64,000 nucleotides of DNA from Pyrinomonadaceae bacterium (GTDB lineage: Bacteria; Acidobacteriota; Blastocatellia; Pyrinomonadales; Pyrinomonadaceae), in the NCBI GenBank assembly GCA_046313635.1, contig JBKBYA010000005.1, positions 93,483 through 157,482 of the forward strand, given 5' to 3'. The position numbers and the translations under genes were made by a program. How positions within the stretch are numbered: position 1 is the stretch's first letter; each line of letters begins with the position of its first letter. The notes beneath the pieces were generated by a model. It was not told where the DNA came from. It worked only from the letters and a program-made list of their open reading frames with translations, and searched no databases. Of this stretch, positions 39,690-52,862 are shown piece by piece.

Positions 39690-40769
39690 ATGGCTATGAC
39701 GAAAAATCGCAGAAATTCAATTTGCGGGTGTTTTGCGGCACTCGTCCTTGCGGCGGCTGGCTGGTCTGCGTCGGCTTACGGCCAGAGGCCCTCGCCGACA
39801 CCCGCCGTCTCGCCCACCCCGCCGGTCATCAAGGATGACGACGAGCCGATCAAGATCGATACCGAGCTTGTCAATATCGACGTCCGCGTGGTCGATCGGA
39901 ACGGCCGGCCGATCGGCAATCTCCAGCAGCGCGACTTTCAGGTTTTGGAAAATAACGAGCCGCAGCAGATCGAGTTCTTTTCAAAGTCCGAGGTGCCGAC
40001 CAACTACTCGCTCGTCGTCGACAATTCGGGTTCGCTGCGGCAGCAGCTCGACAAGGTGATCGAGGCAAGCAAGATCATTGTCGGCACCAACAAGCCCGAG
40101 GACGAGACAAGCGTCATTCGATTTGTCAGCCGCGACAAGATCACGATCGATCAGGACTTTACCGCGAACAAGGCCGACCTTTTCGACGCTCTCGACAGTC
40201 TTTACATCGAGGGCGGCCAGACGGCAATCCGTGACGCGGTCTACCTTGCCGCCCAGCGTTTGTCCGAGTACGAAAGATCGAGCGGCTTTGACGACCGCAG
40301 GCGTCGTGCTCTGATACTGATCACAGACGGCGAAGATCGCGACAGCTACTTCAGTGAGGCCCAGCTTTTCGAAATGCTGCGCGAATCCAATATCCAGATC
40401 TACGTTGTGGGATTCATCAACGAGCTGGACAAGGACTCCGGGTTCATTCGAAAAAGCGACCAGGCGAAGGCCAGATCGTTCCTCGAGCGACTCGCAAAAG
40501 AAACCGGCGGAAAGGCATACTTCCCGGCCGCTCTGACCGAGCTGACCGCGATCGCGAGCGACATTTCGAGCGAGCTCAGAACGCAGTATTCGATCGGCTA
40601 CCTGCCGTCGAAAAAGAATGACGGCACGTACCGAAACATAAAGGTCATCGTCTCTGACGGGCCCAACAAGGAAAAGCGGATCGCCGTGACGCGTACCGGC
40701 CGCAACGCAAACCGCCCGCAGCCGGAGCAGCCCTCGACCGCGGTAACGCCGCCGAAGAAAGATAACTGA
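39690..40769 (+). CDS. VWA domain protein (VWFA-related acidobacterial type)
   Basis: Signal peptide, DTELVN..VRVVD, DNSGS, TAIRDA, ITDGED, ELRTQYSIGY. Confidence 0.92.
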   Translation: MAMTKNRRNSICGCFAALVLAAAGWSASAYGQRPSPTPAVSPTPPVIKDDDEPIKIDTELVNIDVRVVDRNGRPIGNLQQRDFQVLENNEPQQIEFFSKSEVPTNYSLVVDNSGSLRQQLDKVIEASKIIVGTNKPEDETSVIRFVSRDKITIDQDFTANKADLFDALDSLYIEGGQTAIRDAVYLAAQRLSEYERSSGFDDRRRRALILITDGEDRDSYFSEAQLFEMLRESNIQIYVVGFINELDKDSGFIRKSDQAKARSFLERLAKETGGKAYFPAALTELTAIASDISSELRTQYSIGYLPSKKNDGTYRNIKVIVSDGPNKEKRIAVTRTGRNANRPQPEQPSTAVTPPKKDN

Positions 40770-40776
40770 TCGATAC

Positions 40777-40809
40777 AAAAACGGAGCCCGCTGCGGCTCC
40801 GTTTTTTTT
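40777..40809. terminator. Bidirectional terminator
   Basis: AAAAACGGAGCC-loop-GGCTCCGTTTTTTTT between convergent genes. Confidence 0.85.
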
Positions 40810-40828
40810 CGCTTTTCTTTGACACCGT

Positions 40829-41149
40829 CTATCTCTCGGGCACCGATCCCGAGATCTTTTTGCGATTGGTCTCGCCGGTCTCGAGCACGGGGATGCCCTC
40901 GTCCACCTCCGAATGCGGACGCGGAATGACGTGCACGGCCGTCACCGTTCCAACGCGGCGGGCGGCAGCCGCTCCGGCATCGACGGCGGCCCGCACCGCG
41001 CCGACCTCGCCGCGTACGATCGCGGTCACAAGTCCGGCATCGACCTTTTCATATCCGACGAGGCGGACGTTCGCGGCTTTGACCATCGCATCGGCGGCCT
41101 CGATCATCGCGACGAGTCCCATACATTCGACCATTCCGAGAGCTTCCAT
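40829..41149 (-). CDS. Bacterial microcompartment shell hexamer (BMC-H)
   Basis: EALGMVE..GL....[28 protein letters not shown]. Confidence 0.95.
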   Translation of the reverse strand: MEALGMVECMGLVAMIEAADAMVKAANVRLVGYEKVDAGLVTAIVRGEVGAVRAAVDAGAAAARRVGTVTAVHVIPRPHSEVDEGIPVLETGETNRKKISGSVPER

Positions 41150-41162
41150 ATTCACAGACACT

Positions 41163-41519
41163 TTACCTTAAATAGAACGCAAGAATAACAATCAGGAGCA
41201 CGAACGCCGCCGAGATGACGGTCGCGGCGACGAAAGCACCTGCCGGCTCGGCGGGTGCCGGTTCCCAGACGATCTCGAAAGTGCGCTTCGAGCGCGGCGG
41301 CCTGGTGCGTTTCAGTGCGGCAGCGCTCTGCATCTGCCGGGGCGTGCTCGAGCCCGGCCGCTTTACCTCGGCCAGCTCGGCGGCGGCCGTATCGACAGGA
41401 GCCGCCGACGCCACCTGCGCCCCGCAGTTGTAACAAAAGAGCGAGTCGGGCCTTATATCGGCGCCGCAGCGGCCGCAAGCTTCTTCAACGCTTATCGTGG
41501 AGCTGGTCGTCAACATCAT
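41163..41519 (-). CDS. Zinc-ribbon protein with C-terminal TM helix
   Basis: CGRCG..FCYNCG; hydrophobic C-terminus; start uncertain. Confidence 0.75.
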   Translation of the reverse strand: MMLTTSSTISVEEACGRCGADIRPDSLFCYNCGAQVASAAPVDTAAAELAEVKRPGSSTPRQMQSAAALKRTRPPRSKRTFEIVWEPAPAEPAGAFVAATVISAAFVLLIVILAFYLR

Positions 41520-41552
41520 TCGCACATCAAGCCGGCGGCGAAGCCTCCGTCG

Positions 41553-43256
41553 CTAGACACGAGCAAACACCTCTTTTTCTTCTCCAAGATCGCGTGCCGA
41601 CGGCGTGAGGATGGTCTTTGCGGTGATGTAGATCTTGCGGCCTTCGCTCACGGCACGACGGACGTCGTCCTCGCTGACAAAATCCACGGGCTCGGGTCTG
41701 TCGCCATTCGGGCTTGGCGGGCGGAGCTCGTGAATGATCGTCTTTACCGGCGACGTCTCGGACGCGTCGGCCTCGTCACGCGGCGGGGCCTGACTTAGCT
41801 TTTGCGAGAGAAACTTGTCGACGATGGCGGCGATCTCCTCGCGTCTTACGGACTGACGGGCCGGTTTATCGAGCGACACGGACCTTGGAGCCGCCGGCCG
41901 CGCCGACGAAACTGGCTTCGTTTCAAAAGCCACGCGCTTGATGTCAAGCAGATGGATCGGCGAGACGTTGTCGGACGTCACATTGCCGCCCCACGACCCG
42001 CACCCGAGCGTCATCGACGGCGGGAGATCGGTCGAGAAGCCTATCGCTCCGTGAGTCGTCGGCGAATTGATGATCACGCGTGAAGCAGGCATCTGCTCGC
42101 CGTAGCGAACGGCCGCCTCGCGGCTCCGCGTGTGCATACCGGCCGTGTGTCCCATGCCGCCGAACTGCAGCACCTCGTGACATCGCGCCGCGCCTTGCTC
42201 GATACCGTCGACGACGAAGAAAGCGAGCGTCGGCGAGAGCTTCTCGATCGACCACGGATAGTCGCGTCCCACGCCGCCGCAGTCGGCGATCAGGCAGCGT
42301 GTACCCGCCGGAATGCTCACGCCGGCGAGGTCCGCGATGTACTGCGCCGAGCGGCCGACGATGCCCGGATTCAAAGTCCGCTGCGGAGTGAGCAAAACCT
42401 TTGCAACGGCGTCGGCGTCCGCCGGCGAGAGAAAGTAAGCTCCCTGCTGCCGAAACTGCTCTCTCACTTCCTGCTCGACCGGCGCATCGACGACGACCGA
42501 CTGCTCCGAGGCGCAGATCGTTCCGTTGTCGAAGCATGTGCCCGTGAGAATGTCGCTCACCGCCTTTTGCACGTCGGCCGTTCGCTCGACAAAGACCGGC
42601 ACGTTCCCAGGGCCGACACCGAATGCCGGCTTGCCCGACGAGTAGGCCGCACGCACGAGCCCGATGCCGCCGGTCGCGAGGATGACGGCCGTCTTTTTGT
42701 GCTTCATCAGAGCCTCGGTCCCCTCGATGGTCGGGAGCGTGAGGCAATGCACCGCTTCGCGCGGCAGGCCGGCCTTGACGCCGGCCTCGAGCATCACGCG
42801 GGTCGTCTCGGCGATGCATCGCGCGGCGGACGGGTGCGGCGACAGCACGATCGCGTTGCGTGATTTGATCGCGATGATGATCTTGAAGATGGCGGTCGAC
42901 GTCGGATTTGTTGACGGGATGATCGCCGCGACGACGCCGCGGGGCGACGCGATCTCGACGACGCTGTCGGTCTCGGCAACCACGCCGACGGTCTTCAAAC
43001 GCTTGAAGTGATTCCAAACGTCCTCGGCGGCGAAGCGATTCTTCTCACGCTTATCTTCCGGCTTGCCAAAGCCCGTCTCCTCGTGCGCCATCGCGCCGAG
43101 ACGCGCGGCGTCGGCGAGCGCGGCAGAGGCCATCGCCTCGCAGATGGAGTCGATCTTTGCCTGATCGAAGCGGGCGAGAACTGCAAAAGCCCGATCCGCG
43201 GCCTCGACCGCGTCGCGGGCTTCCTGTTGTGCCTTAAGGTCGGCGTCTGAGGTCAT
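41553..43256 (-). CDS. Acylating aldehyde dehydrogenase, BMC-associated (EutE/AdhE-N type)
   Basis: [56 protein letters not shown]-terminal extension with amphipathic [12 protein letters not shown]. Confidence 0.93.
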   Translation of the reverse strand: MTSDADLKAQQEARDAVEAADRAFAVLARFDQAKIDSICEAMASAALADAARLGAMAHEETGFGKPEDKREKNRFAAEDVWNHFKRLKTVGVVAETDSVVEIASPRGVVAAIIPSTNPTSTAIFKIIIAIKSRNAIVLSPHPSAARCIAETTRVMLEAGVKAGLPREAVHCLTLPTIEGTEALMKHKKTAVILATGGIGLVRAAYSSGKPAFGVGPGNVPVFVERTADVQKAVSDILTGTCFDNGTICASEQSVVVDAPVEQEVREQFRQQGAYFLSPADADAVAKVLLTPQRTLNPGIVGRSAQYIADLAGVSIPAGTRCLIADCGGVGRDYPWSIEKLSPTLAFFVVDGIEQGAARCHEVLQFGGMGHTAGMHTRSREAAVRYGEQMPASRVIINSPTTHGAIGFSTDLPPSMTLGCGSWGGNVTSDNVSPIHLLDIKRVAFETKPVSSARPAAPRSVSLDKPARQSVRREEIAAIVDKFLSQKLSQAPPRDEADASETSPVKTIIHELRPPSPNGDRPEPVDFVSEDDVRRAVSEGRKIYITAKTILTPSARDLGEEKEVFARV

Positions 43257-43303
43257 AAACCGAACGCGGCGGCTGATTCAACCGCCGCACATATTCTCGT
43301 GAA

Positions 43304-43705
<402 letters not shown>

Positions 43706-43817
43706 TTTTGGTTCCTCTCTGATTTCGCTGCTTTGTGAATTCTATTACAAGCCGGAATGAAAGCCTAAAAGTACCACGCCGCAACTCCGCCAATCAAGCA
43801 GGTCAAAGGTCATTCAA

Positions 43818-43847
43818 TTGACATCAAGTGTTTTGGACGGTTATATT
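43818..43847 (+). promoter_or_regulatory. Putative sigma70 promoter of the RodZ-like gene
   Basis: TTGACA-N18-TATATT. Confidence 0.6.
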
Positions 43848-43908
43848 TCCGCATTAAGGCAGCGGCTAATTCGGCGGCAACTCGGCAACGGCGTCCAAAC
43901 CATTCACG

Positions 43909-44847
43909 ATGTCACTTACTCTTGGTCAGAAATTGCGGCAGGCCCGCGAGGCGCGAGGTATATCCGTCAGCGAGGTCGCGGAGCAGACGCGCATCTCCCC
44001 GCACTATATCGACTCGATCGAGAATGACGATTACAAGACGCTGCCCGGCGGCATCTTTAACAAGGGCTTCGTCAAGTCGTACGCAAGGTTTATCGGTTTT
44101 GACGAGCAGGAGGCCCTGGCCGATTATTCGCGGATGATGAACCAATCCGGTGAGGGCTCCGAGGCGGACGGCCCGCGGGTCTATCGACCCGAAGTGCTGA
44201 CCGACGATCATTACTCTTCATCGCGACTGCCGTCGCTGATCCTCGCCGCGGTCATCCTCGCATTGATGACCGTGGGCGTTCTCTACCTCGTCAGCTACCT
44301 TCAGAATCGATCGGAGACCTCGGACGCGACCAACACCGCCGCTCCGACGCCGGCCCCGGCCGCGTCGCCCTCGGGCACGGCCGATGCGGCAGAATCTCGA
44401 AGCGAATCTCCGTCGATGGGCAGCATCAAGGTGAGGTTCAGCGTTTCGGGCGACGTGTACCTGACGGCGACCAACGACGGCAAGCGTTCGGAGATCCTCG
44501 TGCGGCCGGACGCACCCGCGGAGTATGAGCCGAAGCAGTCGCTCGCACTGCGATTTCACGGCTCGCGCGCCGGCTCGGTAAATCTCACGATCAACGACAG
44601 ACCGATCGCGCTGCCTGCGGGCGATGTGTCCAAGGGTCTCGTATCGCTGCTTATCGATGCGTCGACGCTGCCCGCTATCTGGCAGTCGGGTCGGATCGAA
44701 GCGGCGGCGAATGCCGCGCCGGCCGTCAACGCTGTGGGCCCCGCGGCATCGTCGAGGACCGCCGCTGCGCCGAGACCACGACCTGGAGTATCTCCATCGC
44801 CGGCTCGTCCGACGGCGTCACCGGCGGCGTCGCCGCGGCCGCGTTGA
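43909..44847 (+). CDS. rodZ: RodZ-like HTH membrane protein
   Basis: GQKLRQAREARG, TRIS, LPGGIF.KGF..SYA HTH; single TM; DUF4115-like C-terminus. Confidence 0.85.
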   Translation: MSLTLGQKLRQAREARGISVSEVAEQTRISPHYIDSIENDDYKTLPGGIFNKGFVKSYARFIGFDEQEALADYSRMMNQSGEGSEADGPRVYRPEVLTDDHYSSSRLPSLILAAVILALMTVGVLYLVSYLQNRSETSDATNTAAPTPAPAASPSGTADAAESRSESPSMGSIKVRFSVSGDVYLTATNDGKRSEILVRPDAPAEYEPKQSLALRFHGSRAGSVNLTINDRPIALPAGDVSKGLVSLLIDASTLPAIWQSGRIEAAANAAPAVNAVGPAASSRTAAAPRPRPGVSPSPARPTASPAASPRPR

Positions 44848-44913
44848 GCGACCGCCGACATTGAAATAAAAAATTTTCCCTGCCCGCCGGATCGTCCGCG
44901 GGCATTTTGTTAA

Positions 44914-46395
<1,482 letters not shown>

Positions 46396-46423
46396 TCAAA
46401 GACGGGTTCTGCGCCGCTATTTA

Positions 46424-48346
46424 TTACTGCCCCAATTTCTCGCTGCACTCGGCCCATTCGGCGTAGAGGCCTTGGATGCGGTTTTCAAGCTTCTTCAATT
46501 CATCAGCCGCCGAAGCGAGCTGTTTGTGATCGGCGGCTACTGCCGGGTCCGCGATCCTGGCCGACAGTTCTGACGCTTCGTCCTCGAGCTGCGGGATCAT
46601 CATCTCGATCTCGGCGATCCGCGATTCGAGCCGCAGTCTTTGATTCTTCGACAGCGACGAGACCGCCTTTAAAGGCGAGGGCTCATGCGCCGCCGGTTCC
46701 GCAGCCGGCGGTCTCGACGCCTCTTCCATTGCATCGCCCGCCGCCTCTTTTTGCTTTCGCTGTTTCCAATCGTGAAATTCGGTGTAGTTGCCCGCGTACG
46801 TTTCGACGCGGCCGTCGTCCTCAAAAGCAAGTATCTGATCGGCGATGCGGTCGAGAAAGAAGCGATCGTGGCTCACAGTTATGATCGTGCCGTCGTACTC
46901 GTCGAGTGCGGCCTCGAGCGCTTCGCGGGCTGGGATGTCGAGGTGATTTGTCGGCTCGTCCAGGACCAGGACGTTCTTCCGCGAGTAGATCAGCTTCGCG
47001 AGCGAAAGGCGTCCCTTTTCGCCGCCGGAGAGCTCGCCGACGCGCTTGAAAACGTCTTCGCCAAAGAACAAGAACCTCGCGAGGAACGAACGCAATTCGC
47101 CGCCGTCGGCCAGCGGTGCGACGCGGCGGAGCTCTTGAATGACCTCGTTGGCCGGCACGAGGTCCTCCAGATTTTGCGAGTAGTAGCCGATATCGACCTT
47201 GGTCCCCCACATTATCTTGCCGCCGAGCTCGCGCACGTCGCCGAGGATCGTTTTGAGAAACGTCGTCTTGCCCGTCCCGTTGCCGCCGATGATGCCGAGC
47301 GCTTCGCCGCGGTGAACGACGAGCGAGATACCCGACGCAAGCCGGCGTTCGCCGTAGCCGATCTCGAGATCCTCGGTCGTAAGGACGTTGCTGCCGGTAC
47401 GCTCGACCTTTTTTAGTCCAAAACTGCCGCCGTGCTTTTCGGACGCGACCGCTTCGACGCGGTCCATTCGCTCGAGCATATTGCGGCGCGATTTGGCCTG
47501 CTTGGTCTTTTGACCCTCGATATTGCGTCGGATGAACTCTTCGGTCTTTGCGATCAGCGCCTGCTGATTCTCGAAAGCGCGCTGCTGCTGCTCGCGGCGA
47601 AACTCGCGCTCGACCAGGTAGTCGGAATAGTTGCCCTTGTAGAGCACCGCGCGGCCGTTCTCGATCTCGATCACACGATTGGTCGTGCGGTCGAGGAAGT
47701 ATCGATCGTGACTGATGACGACGTAAGAGCCGCTGTAAGAATTGAGAAAATTCTCGAGCCACTCGACGGCCTCGACATCGAGATGATTTGTCGGCTCGTC
47801 CAGCAGCAGAACGTCCGGCGACGAGAGCAGCAGCCTGACCATCCCGAGACGATTCTTTTGACCGCCGGAGAGCGACGACGTGTCGGCCGTCCACGATTCT
47901 CGTGAAAATCCGAGTCCCATAAGGATCGCCTCGGCACGCGCAGCGTATGTAAAGCCGTCGGCCTGCTCGTATGCGATCTGAAGGTCGGCGTAGCGGTCGA
48001 GCACCGCTTCGCTGGCGTCGGTCTCCATCTGCTTTTCGAGCCGCCGCATCTCGGCCTCGATATCGTGGACCTCCTTAAAGGCCGACAGTGCCGCCGTGTG
48101 CACGGTCTCGCCCGCGCCGAAATCAACGTGCTGCGCGAGCAGGCCGAGCTTGAGGCCGCTCATCTTGAGCACGTCGCCCGAGTCGGCCGATTCGGCCCCG
48201 GTGACGATGCGAAAGAGCGTCGTCTTGCCGGTGCCGTTGCGACCTACCAGACCTACCTTGTCGCCCGGATTGATCTGGAAGGATATCCCGCGCAGGACCT
48301 CATGACCGCCGTAGGATTTTGTGACTTCCGAGACTCTGAAAAGCAT
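46424..48346 (-). CDS. ABC-F family ATP-binding protein
   Basis: Two ABC cassettes (GRNGTGKT, LSGGQ, DEPTNHLD; GGNGTGKT, LSGGE), no TM domains, C-terminal coiled coil. Confidence 0.95.
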   Translation of the reverse strand: MLFRVSEVTKSYGGHEVLRGISFQINPGDKVGLVGRNGTGKTTLFRIVTGAESADSGDVLKMSGLKLGLLAQHVDFGAGETVHTAALSAFKEVHDIEAEMRRLEKQMETDASEAVLDRYADLQIAYEQADGFTYAARAEAILMGLGFSRESWTADTSSLSGGQKNRLGMVRLLLSSPDVLLLDEPTNHLDVEAVEWLENFLNSYSGSYVVISHDRYFLDRTTNRVIEIENGRAVLYKGNYSDYLVEREFRREQQQRAFENQQALIAKTEEFIRRNIEGQKTKQAKSRRNMLERMDRVEAVASEKHGGSFGLKKVERTGSNVLTTEDLEIGYGERRLASGISLVVHRGEALGIIGGNGTGKTTFLKTILGDVRELGGKIMWGTKVDIGYYSQNLEDLVPANEVIQELRRVAPLADGGELRSFLARFLFFGEDVFKRVGELSGGEKGRLSLAKLIYSRKNVLVLDEPTNHLDIPAREALEAALDEYDGTIITVSHDRFFLDRIADQILAFEDDGRVETYAGNYTEFHDWKQRKQKEAAGDAMEEASRPPAAEPAAHEPSPLKAVSSLSKNQRLRLESRIAEIEMMIPQLEDEASELSARIADPAVAADHKQLASAADELKKLENRIQGLYAEWAECSEKLGQ

Positions 48347-48417
48347 ATAGAGTTGTAGCCGGCCGTCAGCGAAAGGTCCGCCCTGGGCCGGCTACGCGTT
48401 TTGAGAATTGCCGATGC

Positions 48418-49665
48418 TTACTTGTTGGCGACGCCGTTTGAGTTCGCCGTCGTCTTGCCGTTTGCCGAGCTGGCTGTATTCGAAGCCGCTGCATTCGCGG
48501 CCGGCGCGGTATTGGCGTTTGAAGCCGGCGAAGCTGCGGCGGCCGGGGCCGGGCGAGCTCCGCTCAGCTCGTTGGGGTTCTCGACAACCTTTTTGGCGAG
48601 GAAATTCTCGATCTTGGCCTCATTCATCGCGATCGTCTGAAATGCGGCCGCCAGGAGCTGCTTGCGGTTATTGACGAGCAGCTCGTTGATCTGCGGGCGA
48701 ACGCCAGGACTCTCGAGAGTCAAATTCTCTTCCTTTTCGACGCGCTCCTGTAGCTTGAATATGAAGTAACGGCCGCCGATATTGACCGGGCTCGTGATGC
48801 GCCCGACGGCGAACTCGGGATTCATGAAGCCCTGAGCAAGCTGCGGATAGCTCTGCTTGAGATCGTCCTCGGTAAAGTAACCGAGATCGCCGCCCTGGAA
48901 GCGGCTGGGGTCCTCGCTGAATTCGCGAGCAAGCGCCGTAAAGTCGCTCGCCGGCTGCTGGACGCGGCCGAGTATCTCCTTGACCTTCTGCTCGGCCTCG
49001 GCCTGATTGGTCGTCGTATCGCCCTCGCCCGAATTCGCCGGGTCGACGACGATGGCGGCCAGCCGAACGCCGCGCTTTTTGACGAACATCTCGGGATTGC
49101 CCTTATAGAACTTTTCGATCTCCTCGTCCTTTGGTGTTTCGATGCGGCCGGTGACCTTCTTGATCAGCTCGTTGATGGCCATTTCGCGTTTGACCTGCTC
49201 GCGGTACGACTGCTCGTTCAAACCGGCCTGGGCCATCTGTCTGCTGAACTCTTCGGCGGACATTCCGCTTTGGACCTTTCGCTGGTTGACCTCGACCGTG
49301 ATCGCTTCGTCGTTGGGCACCGTTCCTTCCTTTTCGGCCCGCTGGTACATTACCTCCTGCTCGATGAGCCCCTGAAGAACCTGCAGCCGAGCGCCGGCCA
49401 GCTCGAGCGGCGAGAGCTTGCTCTCCTGCCCTTGGGCCTGCTGCTTGACGGCGCGCTCGACGTCTTCCATCTTGATGGCCTTGCCATTGACCGTTGCTGC
49501 GGTCTCATTCGGGTCGACCGAGCCGCTCACGCCGGGATTGGACGGGCCGCCGCAAGCGGCGAGGAATGCTGCTGCCGACACCAGGATAACGACGACCGCG
49601 GATCTGAATCTGAGTTTATGCACTTTGGGTTCTTCTGCTCCTTCGAACTTTTCGATTTCTAACAT
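48418..49665 (-). CDS. SurA/PrsA-like peptidyl-prolyl isomerase lipoprotein
   Basis: Lipobox FLAAC, AATVNG..I, F.ALAREFSED, GGDLGY; start may be GTG 49623. Confidence 0.88.
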   Translation of the reverse strand: MLEIEKFEGAEEPKVHKLRFRSAVVVILVSAAAFLAACGGPSNPGVSGSVDPNETAATVNGKAIKMEDVERAVKQQAQGQESKLSPLELAGARLQVLQGLIEQEVMYQRAEKEGTVPNDEAITVEVNQRKVQSGMSAEEFSRQMAQAGLNEQSYREQVKREMAINELIKKVTGRIETPKDEEIEKFYKGNPEMFVKKRGVRLAAIVVDPANSGEGDTTTNQAEAEQKVKEILGRVQQPASDFTALAREFSEDPSRFQGGDLGYFTEDDLKQSYPQLAQGFMNPEFAVGRITSPVNIGGRYFIFKLQERVEKEENLTLESPGVRPQINELLVNNRKQLLAAAFQTIAMNEAKIENFLAKKVVENPNELSGARPAPAAAASPASNANTAPAANAAASNTASSANGKTTANSNGVANK

Positions 49666-49765
49666 TACTTGACTGTCTATGTACTGCTTTGGTATAAAAC
49701 TTCTTTTTGAGTTTGACTCAAACTCACACCTAACGTCCCGTAGGCGGACCGGAGGCAATGATCTT

Positions 49766-49960
49766 ATGGCAAAGCGATGCGATGTTTGCGGTAAAGGACC
49801 GCAGTTTGGCAATAACGTTTCTCACGCGAACAATAAAACGCGGCGTCGGTTCGACCCGAACCTTCAGTCGGTCCGTGTGCAGCTGCCGAGCGGCGGCAAC
49901 GGCCGGATGAAAGTTTGTACCCGGTGCATCAAATCCGGAAAAGTTGTCAAAGCCGCGTAA
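49766..49960 (+). CDS. rpmB: 50S ribosomal protein L28 (Zn-binding form)
   Basis: [39 protein letters not shown]. Confidence 0.97.
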   Translation: MAKRCDVCGKGPQFGNNVSHANNKTRRRFDPNLQSVRVQLPSGGNGRMKVCTRCIKSGKVVKAA

Positions 49961-50029
49961 CGTTTAAGAAACTCTTGGACCACGGAATGCCAGGTGCTCG
50001 CCGCCTGGCTTTTCGTTTTTTCGACCGAC

Positions 50030-50407
50030 TCAGGCGGTCGCAACGCACTCGATCTCGACACGCGCGTCTCGCGGCAGACGTGCTGCCTGGACTGTCGCCC
50101 GCGCCGGCTTGTTCGCTTCGAAGTATCGTCCGTAAACTTCGTTCATCGCGGCAAAGTCGTTCATATCCGCGAGAAAGACCGTCGTCTTGACGACCCTGCC
50201 GAGAGAGCTGCCCGCCGCCTCGAGAACGGCGTTCAGATTTCGCAGGACCTGCTCGGTCTGCTCGGCGACACCGCCTTCCACAAACTCGCCGGTCGCCGGA
50301 TCGATCGGGATCTGGCCCGAACAGAACACAAAATTTCCGACCTTGATCGCCTGCGAATACGGACCGATCGCTCCCGGAGCGTTATTGGTGGAGATAGCTT
50401 CGTTCAT
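50030..50407 (-). CDS. ridA: RidA family enamine/imine deaminase
   Basis: [29 protein letters not shown]...VEIE. Confidence 0.93.
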   Translation of the reverse strand: MNEAISTNNAPGAIGPYSQAIKVGNFVFCSGQIPIDPATGEFVEGGVAEQTEQVLRNLNAVLEAAGSSLGRVVKTTVFLADMNDFAAMNEVYGRYFEANKPARATVQAARLPRDARVEIECVATA

Positions 50408-50491
50408 ACCAAAGATCGTGTTTTTGATGCCCTCGAACAAAAGGCGAATTGTAGCAAACCAACCGTGAAAAGCAAAGTTTGCCGCCGGGAG

Positions 50492-52699
50492 CTAGGCGTT
50501 TATCCTCTCGACGGAGATCACGCCCGGCACGTGCTCGATAGACGTGATGACGCGATCGAGATGTTTCTTGTCATAAACCTCGATCGTCACCTCGATGAAT
50601 CCGCGGTCGTCGCGTGATACGTTTGCGGTCGCATCGCGAATGCCGGTCTTGATCTCCGCGATGGCGTTCGTGATCCCGGCGAGCATTCCGGTGCGGTTCT
50701 CGGTAGTGACGAGCAGCCTGACGGACTGTATCTCCTTGGCATCGCTCTTGGCCCATTCGACCTCAACGATGCGGTCTCGATTAACCATCAGCTGGGAAAC
50801 ATTTTTGCACCGCCGGCTGTGCACGACGATCCCTTTGCCGAGTGAAATGTAACCGATTATGTCCTCGCCTCTCAGCGGGTTGCAGCAGCGGGCACGAGTG
50901 GTCAGCAGGTTGTCGACGCCCTTGACGACGATCGCGTCCTCGCCGAGACCGATCAACTTCTTGACCGCCTTGACCCCGGTCGAAATACGCGTCTCCTTTC
51001 GTTTGTCCGGGTCGAGCTCCTCAAATTTTTCGCTGCCAAGGAATTTCGCGATGACGTTTCTGGGCAGCGTCTTGCCGTATCCGATCGAGGCCAGCAGATC
51101 CTCGCCGCGGCTCAGACCGTAATCGTTCGCGATACGCTTGAGTTCGTCGTCGTTGTTGAGCAGTTTTTTCGGCGCGACATGGAATCGTTCGGCCTCTTTT
51201 TCAAGCAAGCGGCGGCCGATCTCGATCGACTCCTCGCGCTGCTGCGCGGCGATGAAGTGGCGGATACGACTTCGAGCGCGGGCCGTGATCACGTGGTTAA
51301 GCCAATCACGCGACGGCTTTGAATTAGCCGTCGTAAGTATCTCGACGACATCGCCGTTCTGTATCTCCGTCTTGATCGGCACCATCCGGCCGTTTATCTT
51401 GGCACCTGTACATGTATCGCCCACTTCGGAGTGGATGGCATACGCAAAATCTATCGGCGTCGCCCCACGCGGAAGCTGAATGACCTTGCCCATCGGCGTG
51501 AAGGCATAAACGTCCTTTGGGAAGAGATCGAGCTTCAACGACTCGATAAAGTCCTCCGAGTCCTCATTGGCCTCCGTACTTTCGACAAGCGGAAGGAGAA
51601 GCTTCTCGACCGTGCGGCGAAGGTCGTCGAGATGCTTGTCCTCATCCTGCGCCCCGAGTTTGCGCTCTTTATATTTCCAGTGAGCGGCGACGCCTTCTTC
51701 GGCGATCTGGTGCATCTCCTCGGTACGGATCTGCACTTCGAAGGGCTGCCCTGTCTCGCTGATCACAGAGGTGTGCAGAGACTGATAGAGATTGTCGCGC
51801 GGGATCGCGATCCAGTCTTTGAAGCGTTCCGGGACGGGGGTCCATATATCGTGTATCACGCTCAGAGCTAGATAGCAGTACTTTCGATCGTTCGGCGTGA
51901 TGATCCTTGCGGCGATGAGGTCATAGACCTGCTCGATCATGATCTTTTGCTTTCGGAGCTTTTTCCAGAGCGAGTAGAGACGCTTTACCCGGCTCTGTAT
52001 CTCGACAAAAGGTACGCCGTTCTCGTTTAGTTTCTGCTCGATCGTTCGCTTGATGCGCTGAAGGTTGGCCTCGAGTTCCGGCCGGCGAGACTCGACCTCT
52101 CTCGAGAGCCGGCGATAATCTTCGGGATAGAGATTCTGAAACGCAAGGTCTTCGAGCTCGCCGCGGACCTTACCCATACCGAGGCGGTGGGCGATCGGTG
52201 CGTAGATGTCGAGGGTCTCCTGCGAGATGCGGGCCCGCTTCTCAGGGCTGAGAAACTGCATCGTCCGCATGTTATGCAGACGGTCCGCAAGCTTTATCAA
52301 TACCACCCGCACGTCCGTCACCATGGCGAGCACCATCTTACGGACGTTCTCGGCCTGCTGCTTTGCCTTTGACAGATCGCTGATGTGAGCGATCTTGGTC
52401 AGGCCGTCGACAAGCAGCGTGATCTCGTCGCCGAAGTACGAACGCAAGGTCTCGAGATCGACAAGCGTGTCCTCCACGACGTCGTGCAGCAGCCCGGTCG
52501 ATACGCTGACGTCGTCAAGACGCATGTCGGCCAGGATGTTTGCAACCTCGAGGGGGTGAACGAGGTACGGCTCGCCCGACGCGCGGGTCTGGCCTCGGTG
52601 ATGGAGCGCGGAGAACAGATACGCGCGACGGATAAGATCGACGTTCGCCCCGGGGCGGTTCGCCTCAACCTTGTTGATTATGTCCTCGATCCGGATCAT
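50492..52699 (-). CDS. rel: Bifunctional (p)ppGpp synthetase/hydrolase, long RSH
   Basis: HD domain (LHDVVEDT, KLADRLHNMRT), synthetase (YQSLHT, EVQIRT, AAHWKYK), TGS, CC.P ZFD, ACT. Confidence 0.96.
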   Translation of the reverse strand: MIRIEDIINKVEANRPGANVDLIRRAYLFSALHHRGQTRASGEPYLVHPLEVANILADMRLDDVSVSTGLLHDVVEDTLVDLETLRSYFGDEITLLVDGLTKIAHISDLSKAKQQAENVRKMVLAMVTDVRVVLIKLADRLHNMRTMQFLSPEKRARISQETLDIYAPIAHRLGMGKVRGELEDLAFQNLYPEDYRRLSREVESRRPELEANLQRIKRTIEQKLNENGVPFVEIQSRVKRLYSLWKKLRKQKIMIEQVYDLIAARIITPNDRKYCYLALSVIHDIWTPVPERFKDWIAIPRDNLYQSLHTSVISETGQPFEVQIRTEEMHQIAEEGVAAHWKYKERKLGAQDEDKHLDDLRRTVEKLLLPLVESTEANEDSEDFIESLKLDLFPKDVYAFTPMGKVIQLPRGATPIDFAYAIHSEVGDTCTGAKINGRMVPIKTEIQNGDVVEILTTANSKPSRDWLNHVITARARSRIRHFIAAQQREESIEIGRRLLEKEAERFHVAPKKLLNNDDELKRIANDYGLSRGEDLLASIGYGKTLPRNVIAKFLGSEKFEELDPDKRKETRISTGVKAVKKLIGLGEDAIVVKGVDNLLTTRARCCNPLRGEDIIGYISLGKGIVVHSRRCKNVSQLMVNRDRIVEVEWAKSDAKEIQSVRLLVTTENRTGMLAGITNAIAEIKTGIRDATANVSRDDRGFIEVTIEVYDKKHLDRVITSIEHVPGVISVERINA

Positions 52700-52798
52700 C
52701 TCTCGCTTGAGCACCAAGCGCCTGCTCAGATTCTATCTGTTCGACTTTCGAAGCTGAAATATCTAATGTCGCCCACGGGGCGCAACTTTCACCGACAT

Positions 52799-52837
52799 AA
52801 AAAGGTGATGCCTGAAATGCTAGATCAGGCATCACCT
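52799..52837 (-). terminator. Terminator after the TonB-ExbBDD-TPR operon
   Basis: 13-bp stem AGGTGATGCCTGA/TCAGGCATCACCT with U-run on the minus strand. Confidence 0.8.
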
Positions 52838-52862
52838 CTGGGAACGATATCAGCGACGAGCT